DNA of 64,000 bases, taken from positions 40,987 to 104,986 of the forward strand of contig JBBQUR010000018.1 of the NCBI GenBank assembly GCA_038212275.1. The letters run 5' to 3'. The notes beneath the pieces are model-generated. The model was not told the DNA's origin, made no database searches, and was given only the letters and a program-made list of their open reading frames with translations. This document shows, piece after piece, positions 59,068 through 64,000 of the stretch. Both the position numbers and the translations under genes were made by a program. The DNA is from Planctomycetota bacterium (GTDB taxonomy: Bacteria; Planctomycetota; B15-G4). The stretch's first letter is position 1. Every line of letters starts with the position of its first letter.

Positions 59068-60708
59068 ATGACAGACGTGAATCTCTCCGCTGTTCGCGCC
59101 AGCGCTGTCGCCGGCGTTCCGGGCGTGGCCGTGCTCGGCGCCCGCAGCGCCGCCACCGCCGCCGTGCTCGATCCCGCAGCACTCGCGTTCGTGGCGGACC
59201 TGCAGCGGCGCTTCGGCGCACGGCGCCAGGCACTGCTCGCGGCGCGTGCCGCGCGCGCCGTGCGACTCGACGCCGGCGAACGCCCCGACTTCCTGGCCGA
59301 GACGGCTTCGCTGCGCGCGGCCGACTGGAAGGTCGCCCCGCTCCCCGACGACCTGACCGACCGGCGCGTCGAGATCACCGGTCCAGTGGACCGCAAGATG
59401 ATCATCAACGCGCTGAACTCCGGCGCCTCGGTCTTCATGGCAGATTTCGAGGACAGCACCTCGCCCACATGGGCCAACGTGACCGAGGGGCAGCTCAATC
59501 TGCGCGACGCCGTGCGCGGCGACATCGAATTCCTCGCGGACAACGGCAAGCACTACCGGCTCGCTCCGCGGACGGCCACGCTCATGGTGCGCCCTCGCGG
59601 CTGGCACCTGCCCGAGAAGCACGTGCTCGTGGACGGTCAGCCAGTCTCCGCCTCGTTGTTCGACTTCGGCCTGTTCTTCTTCCACAACGCGCGCGCCCTG
59701 CTCGCACGCGGCACGGGCCCGTACTTCTACCTGCCCAAGCTGGAGAGCCACCTCGAGGCCCGACTCTGGAACGACGTCTTCGTCGCGGCGCAGTCCGCCC
59801 TCGGCATCTCGCGCGGGACGATCAAGGCCACCGTGCTCATCGAGACGACGCTCGCGGCCTTCGAGATGGACGAAATCCTCTTCGAGCTGCGCGAGCACAG
59901 TGCCGGCCTGAACTGCGGCCGCTGGGATTACATCTTCAGCTTCATCAAGAAGTTCCGCGCGCGCCCCGAGTGCGTGCTGCCCGACCGCGCCAGCGTGGGC
60001 ATGACGCAGCACTTCCTGCGCAGCTACAGCCAGCTGCTCATCCGCACGTGCCATCGCCGCGGCGTGCACGCGATGGGCGGCATGGCCGCGCAGATCCCCA
60101 TCAAGGGCGACGTGGCGCGCCACGAAGCCGCGATCGCGGCGGTCCGCGCGGACAAGAAGCGCGAGGTCGCCGACGGTCACGACGGCACGTGGGTCGCACA
60201 CCCGGCCCTCGTGCCCGTGGCGCGCGAGATCTTCGACGCGTCGATGCCCGGCAGAAATCAGATCGCTACGCGCACGCGCGACGACGTCGTCGTCAGCGCG
60301 CAGGACCTCCTGACCGTTCCGCGCGGCGCGATCACGGAGGCAGGGCTGCGCCAGAACGTCAACGTGGGCGTGCAGTACCTGGCCGCGTGGCTCGACGGCT
60401 CGGGTTGCGTGCCGCTGTTCGACCTCATGGAGGATGCGGCCACCGCCGAGATTTCGCGCGCACAGGTCTGGCAGTGGATCGCGCATCGCGCGGCGCTCGC
60501 CGACGGCCGCATCGTGGACGCGACGTTGTTCCGCGCCGTGCTGCGCGAGGAGCTCGACCGCATCCGCACCTCGATCGGCGCGGCGGCCTTCGACGCCGGC
60601 CGCCAGGTCGAGGCCGCCGAACTCTTCGACCGACTCGTCACCGCACCGACGCTGCCCGACTTCCTCACGCTCACCGCCTACGACAGGATCGTGTCCGTCC
60701 CGGCCTGA
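59068..60708 (+). CDS. aceB: Malate synthase A
   Basis: [59 protein letters not shown]. Confidence 0.97.
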   Translation: MTDVNLSAVRASAVAGVPGVAVLGARSAATAAVLDPAALAFVADLQRRFGARRQALLAARAARAVRLDAGERPDFLAETASLRAADWKVAPLPDDLTDRRVEITGPVDRKMIINALNSGASVFMADFEDSTSPTWANVTEGQLNLRDAVRGDIEFLADNGKHYRLAPRTATLMVRPRGWHLPEKHVLVDGQPVSASLFDFGLFFFHNARALLARGTGPYFYLPKLESHLEARLWNDVFVAAQSALGISRGTIKATVLIETTLAAFEMDEILFELREHSAGLNCGRWDYIFSFIKKFRARPECVLPDRASVGMTQHFLRSYSQLLIRTCHRRGVHAMGGMAAQIPIKGDVARHEAAIAAVRADKKREVADGHDGTWVAHPALVPVAREIFDASMPGRNQIATRTRDDVVVSAQDLLTVPRGAITEAGLRQNVNVGVQYLAAWLDGSGCVPLFDLMEDAATAEISRAQVWQWIAHRAALADGRIVDATLFRAVLREELDRIRTSIGAAAFDAGRQVEAAELFDRLVTAPTLPDFLTLTAYDRIVSVPA

Positions 60709-60785
60709 AGGCAGCGCGGCGCGTCACACATCCGGCTCTTCCACCACCACCACCCACCACGACTCTCTTCTCAGGACGAACTTCC

Positions 60786-62063
60786 ATGTCGACCACGCAT
60801 CGCAACGATCACGCCAACGGTCACGGGGGCGCGCCGCGCTGGACGGGCATCCGCCGCGACTTCTCGCCCGCCGACGTCCAGCGGCTGCGTGGCTCGATCA
60901 CCATCGAGCACACGCTGGCGCGCCTCGGCGCCGAGCGCCTCTGGAAGCTGCTGCACAGCGAGCCGTGGGTCGCCTCGCTGGGCGCACTGACCGGCAACCA
61001 GGCCATGCAGCAGGTGCGCGCGGGACTCAAGGCCATCTACCTCTCCGGATGGCAGGTGGCGGCCGATGCGAACAATGCCGGCCAGATGTATCCCGACCAG
61101 AGCCTGTACCCGGCCAGCTCCGTGCCGGACGTCGTGCGCCGGATCAACCGGACGCTGCAGCGTGCGGACGAGATCCAGCACATGGAGGGCAAGGGCGACA
61201 TCCACTGGTTCGCCCCCATCGTCGCCGACGCGGAGGCCGGCTTCGGCGGCCCGCTCAACGCCTTCGAGCTCATGAAGGCCATGATCGAAGCCGGCGCCGC
61301 GGGCGTGCACTTCGAGGACCAGCTCGCGTCCGAGAAGAAGTGCGGCCATCTCGGCGGCAAGGTGCTCGTGCCGACGCAGACCTTCGTGCGCACGCTCAAC
61401 GCCGCGCGCCTCGCCGCCGACGTGATGGACGTGCCGACGGTGCTCGTCGCGCGCACCGATGCCGACAGCGCGCAGCTGCTCACGAGCGACGTCGACCCGC
61501 GCGACCACGCCTTCCTCACGGGCGAGCGCACACCAGAGGGATTTTTCCGCATCACGGGCGGACTCGACTGCGCCATCGCGCGTGCGAAGGCCTACGCCCC
61601 GTATGCGGACCTGCTGTGGTGCGAGACCAGTCACCCCGACATCGACGAGGCGCGCCGCTTCGCCGAGGGCGTTCACGAGGACTTCCCGGGCAAGCTGCTC
61701 GCCTACAACTGCTCGCCGTCCTTCAACTGGAAGGCCAAGCTCGACGGCGCGACGATCGCTTCGTTCCAGCGCGAACTCGCGGCCATGGGCTACAAGTACC
61801 AGTTCGTGACACTGGCCGGCTTCCACAGCCTGAATCACGGCATGTACGAGCTGGCGCGGGGCTACAAGGACCGCGGCATGGCGGCCTACTCCGAGCTGCA
61901 GCAGGCCGAGTTCGCCAGCGAGGCCAATGGTTATTCCGCGACGCGGCACCAGCGCGAGGTCGGCACCGGCTACTTCGACGAGGTCGCGAAGGCGATTTCG
62001 GGCGGACTGGCCTCGACCACCGCGCTGTCCGGCTCCACCGAGGAGGCGCAATTCCGGCGCTGA
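60786..62063 (+). CDS. aceA: Isocitrate lyase
   Basis: [39 protein letters not shown]; start ATG 60786. Confidence 0.98.
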   Translation: MSTTHRNDHANGHGGAPRWTGIRRDFSPADVQRLRGSITIEHTLARLGAERLWKLLHSEPWVASLGALTGNQAMQQVRAGLKAIYLSGWQVAADANNAGQMYPDQSLYPASSVPDVVRRINRTLQRADEIQHMEGKGDIHWFAPIVADAEAGFGGPLNAFELMKAMIEAGAAGVHFEDQLASEKKCGHLGGKVLVPTQTFVRTLNAARLAADVMDVPTVLVARTDADSAQLLTSDVDPRDHAFLTGERTPEGFFRITGGLDCAIARAKAYAPYADLLWCETSHPDIDEARRFAEGVHEDFPGKLLAYNCSPSFNWKAKLDGATIASFQRELAAMGYKYQFVTLAGFHSLNHGMYELARGYKDRGMAAYSELQQAEFASEANGYSATRHQREVGTGYFDEVAKAISGGLASTTALSGSTEEAQFRR

Positions 62064-62080
62064 GCCACCCTGAATGATTC

Positions 62081-62272
62081 TTCGGCGCTTCCGGCTGCTT
62101 CGGAGGCGTCGAACGGTTCTCGCAGCCGGCTGCTTCGGCTGCGCCTTCCGTCTCGCGTCGCCCGGCTGCTTCGGGCGACGACTCTCCCGCCGGCTCCGTC
62201 ACGCCTCGCGCGTGCCGGAGCCGGCACTCTTTCCGGCCGGACACCTGACCGGACGCCAGACCGGACTCGCAA
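62081..62272 (+). repeat. Phased hairpin array (3x CCGGCTGCTTCGG core), a fourth hairpin and 3x CCGGAC; candidate structured RNA
   Basis: Cores at 62091, 62126 and 62162, each with a different self-complementary stem; CCGGAC at 62237, 62249 and 62261. Confidence 0.75.
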
Positions 62273-62391
62273 CGCAGGCAGCCCTCGTGGCCGGCCGCCG
62301 CCGACACCGGGCGCGGACGAGCGAGGGATGGCGTCGCCCCGCCACCATGCGCTAGCGTGACGCCTCCCTTCCCTCTGCAGAGGATGCCCCG

Positions 62392-63303
62392 ATGCGCAGC
62401 GCCGCCATGATCACCAGCCTTGTCCTTGCCCTCGTGCTGCCCGCCACCACGCTGCACGCACAGGATGCGTCCGCCGCCGGTGCCGCCCCCGCCGCCAAGG
62501 CGATGCCGGAGCTCGACCCGCTTCCGTCCCCCATGCCGGGAAAGCCGCTGCCCGAGAAGGCCGAGGTGAAGACGACCGAGTCCGGCCTGCGTTACGTGGA
62601 ACTCGCCGCGGGCGCCGCGGCCACGGCCGACAAGCATCCCGCGAAGCAGGACAAGGTGCGCGTGCGCTACGCCGGCTATCTCGAGAACGGCACGCTGTTC
62701 GACAAGACCGCTGAAGACCGCGATGCGACCTTCGGCGTGTCCCAGGTGATCAAGGGCTGGACCGAAGGCCTGCAGCTCATGTCGCCGGGAAGCAGCTTCA
62801 AGTTCATCATCCCGTGGAAGCTCGCCTACGGCGCCGGCGGCCGCCCGCCGAAAATCCCGGCCAAGGCCAACCTCATCTTCGACGTGGAACTGCTCGACAT
62901 AGAAGCCCTCCCGGCGCCGCCCGAGATGCCCGCCTTCGTGCTCCCGCCCGACAGCGAGCTCACCACGACGCCCAGCGGCCTCAAGTACAAGGTGCTGCGC
63001 GCCGCAGAAGGCCCCAAGCCCCTCATCACCGACGCCGTCACCGTGCACTACGCCGGCTGGCTCACTGACGGCAAGCCCTTCGACAACAGCTACGAGCGCG
63101 GCGAGCCCGCGAGTTTCCCGCTGAACGGCGTCATCAAGGGCTGGGGCGAAGGCCTGCAGCTCATGCCCGTCGGCAGCAGCTTCCTCTTCGTGATTCCCTC
63201 GGACCTCGCCTACGGCGATGCCGGTTATTCCGGCGTCATTCCCCCGAAGGCGCCGCTGGTGTTCGTGGTGGAGTTGCTCAAGATCGGGGGCGCGGGGCGC
63301 TGA
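62392..63303 (+). CDS. Exported FKBP-type peptidyl-prolyl isomerase with two tandem FKBP domains
   Basis: Signal peptide; two copies of SGLxY...VxYAG...VIKGWxEGLQLM...IPxxLAYG...FxVELL. Confidence 0.95.
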   Translation: MRSAAMITSLVLALVLPATTLHAQDASAAGAAPAAKAMPELDPLPSPMPGKPLPEKAEVKTTESGLRYVELAAGAAATADKHPAKQDKVRVRYAGYLENGTLFDKTAEDRDATFGVSQVIKGWTEGLQLMSPGSSFKFIIPWKLAYGAGGRPPKIPAKANLIFDVELLDIEALPAPPEMPAFVLPPDSELTTTPSGLKYKVLRAAEGPKPLITDAVTVHYAGWLTDGKPFDNSYERGEPASFPLNGVIKGWGEGLQLMPVGSSFLFVIPSDLAYGDAGYSGVIPPKAPLVFVVELLKIGGAGR

Positions 63304-63390
63304 GCCGGGGACGGCTTTGTTTCGCTTCCGCGCCGGGGGTGCTGACCGCGCTGAGGCGAGGGAGAAGGTGAGTCGCTTGGGGCGGGGGGT

Positions 63391-63495
63391 GCGCGGGGCG
63401 GGAGGATTGTCCGGCGCTGCGCCCGTGGGGCGGACGGACGCGTAGAGGTTCCGGGAGCGGCGCCCTTCGCGCCGGACAAACCTCCCGTCCCGCGC
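63391..63495. repeat. 105-bp element with 27-bp terminal inverted repeats (REP/MITE-like)
   Basis: 63391-63417 versus 63469-63495 match at 25 of 27 positions as reverse complements. Confidence 0.75.
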
Positions 63496-63797
63496 TCGCC
63501 GAGGCAGGCTTTTCCGTGCCAGGCTAGGCGGTCAGCACTCCCGGCGCTTGGGCTTCACGACGCCGTCGCACGCCCGCTGAGGTTGAACGTCCGGACGGCG
63601 AGCGCGCCCGGCCCGTGTCTCGGGCGGAGCGGTGGCTCAGACGAATGACGGCGGTCCGCCGGAGCGTGAGCGCTGCGAGGTCGTGTGTCGCCGAACTGCG
63701 AAGTCGTGTGCTGCCCAAGTGCGAGTCGCTTCAGCGGACGCGTTCCGTCTCCGCCACTGCGTGACGCATTCGCTGTGCCTGCCGCCTGTCATGGTCA

Positions 63798-63981
63798 TCC
63801 CGCGCTGAGCAGCACTTGCTGGGAACTACGCGTTGAGAGGCACGCGCCCAGCATCTCGTGCTGAGCGTCACGCGCGAGGCGTTCCGCGCTGCGCCGTGCA
63901 CGCCGAACATTGCCCGCTTGAGGATTCCGTTCTGATCATTGAGTGCTGAGCATTCCGCACCTGAGCATCACGCGCCGAGCA
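63798..63981. repeat. Degenerate tandem array, about 13 copies of a 14-nt unit (consensus about TCACGCGCTGAGCA)
   Basis: Units in register, e.g. tcccgcgctgagca, tctcgtgctgagcg, ttccgttctgatca, ttgagtgctgagca, tcacgcgccgagca. Confidence 0.7.
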
Positions 63982-64000
63982 CCGCAATCTCCCCATCCCC

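Noticed and set aside
60741..60760. CCA-rich run and in-frame upstream extension of aceA (ORF 59469..62063)
   Set aside because: The extension overlaps aceB out of frame and is not protein-like; aceA starts at 60786. There is no sign of an aceB-aceA fusion or frameshift.
62081..62180. Possible mini-CRISPR array (35-36 nt period)
   Set aside because: The repeat is only 13 nt, the intervening sequences pair across each repeat, and there are no cas genes in the window.
62225..62260. Minus-strand TCAGGT...CCGGAAAG resembling SRP RNA domain IV
   Set aside because: The CAGG...GNRA...AGCAG geometry and the long enclosing helix are not present.

Overview
GC-rich bacterial chromosome segment, most likely Planctomycetota. 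The inference rests on the EF-Tu switch-I variant [14 protein letters not shown], the RpoB segment [20 protein letters not shown], an extended SecE and a divergent str-operon EF-G. Bases 1-20.8 kb (minus strand) hold a contiguous translation/transcription supercluster: tRNAs Thr-Tyr-Gly-Thr, tuf, rpmG, tRNA-Trp, secE, nusG, rplKAJL, rpoBC, rpsLG, fusA and the S10 operon to rplV. Bases 20.8-26 kb hold housekeeping genes (aroC, receiver protein, cystathionine lyase, IHF/HU, dtd, trpS). Bases 26-50.7 kb are a cell-surface glycan locus: five GT4 enzymes, a GT-C-like protein, flippase, WecA-like transferase, deacetylase, GNAT, methyltransferase and two putative lyase-like proteins. It also has three B12-binding radical SAM homologues, one of which has lost its CxxxCxxC motif. 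Bases 50.8-63.3 kb hold HU, tRNA-Leu(TAA), a beta-oxidation operon, a RamB/ScfR regulator, divergent aceBA and a tandem FKBP. The most unusual non-coding features are a phased three-hairpin array with identical loops and different stems behind aceA, a TTGACA repeat cluster, a MITE/REP-like inverted repeat, a degenerate 14-nt tandem array and a triplicated RBS before fusA. All calls come from reading motifs by eye; no database searches were run. Many start codons were re-assigned relative to the ORF track.
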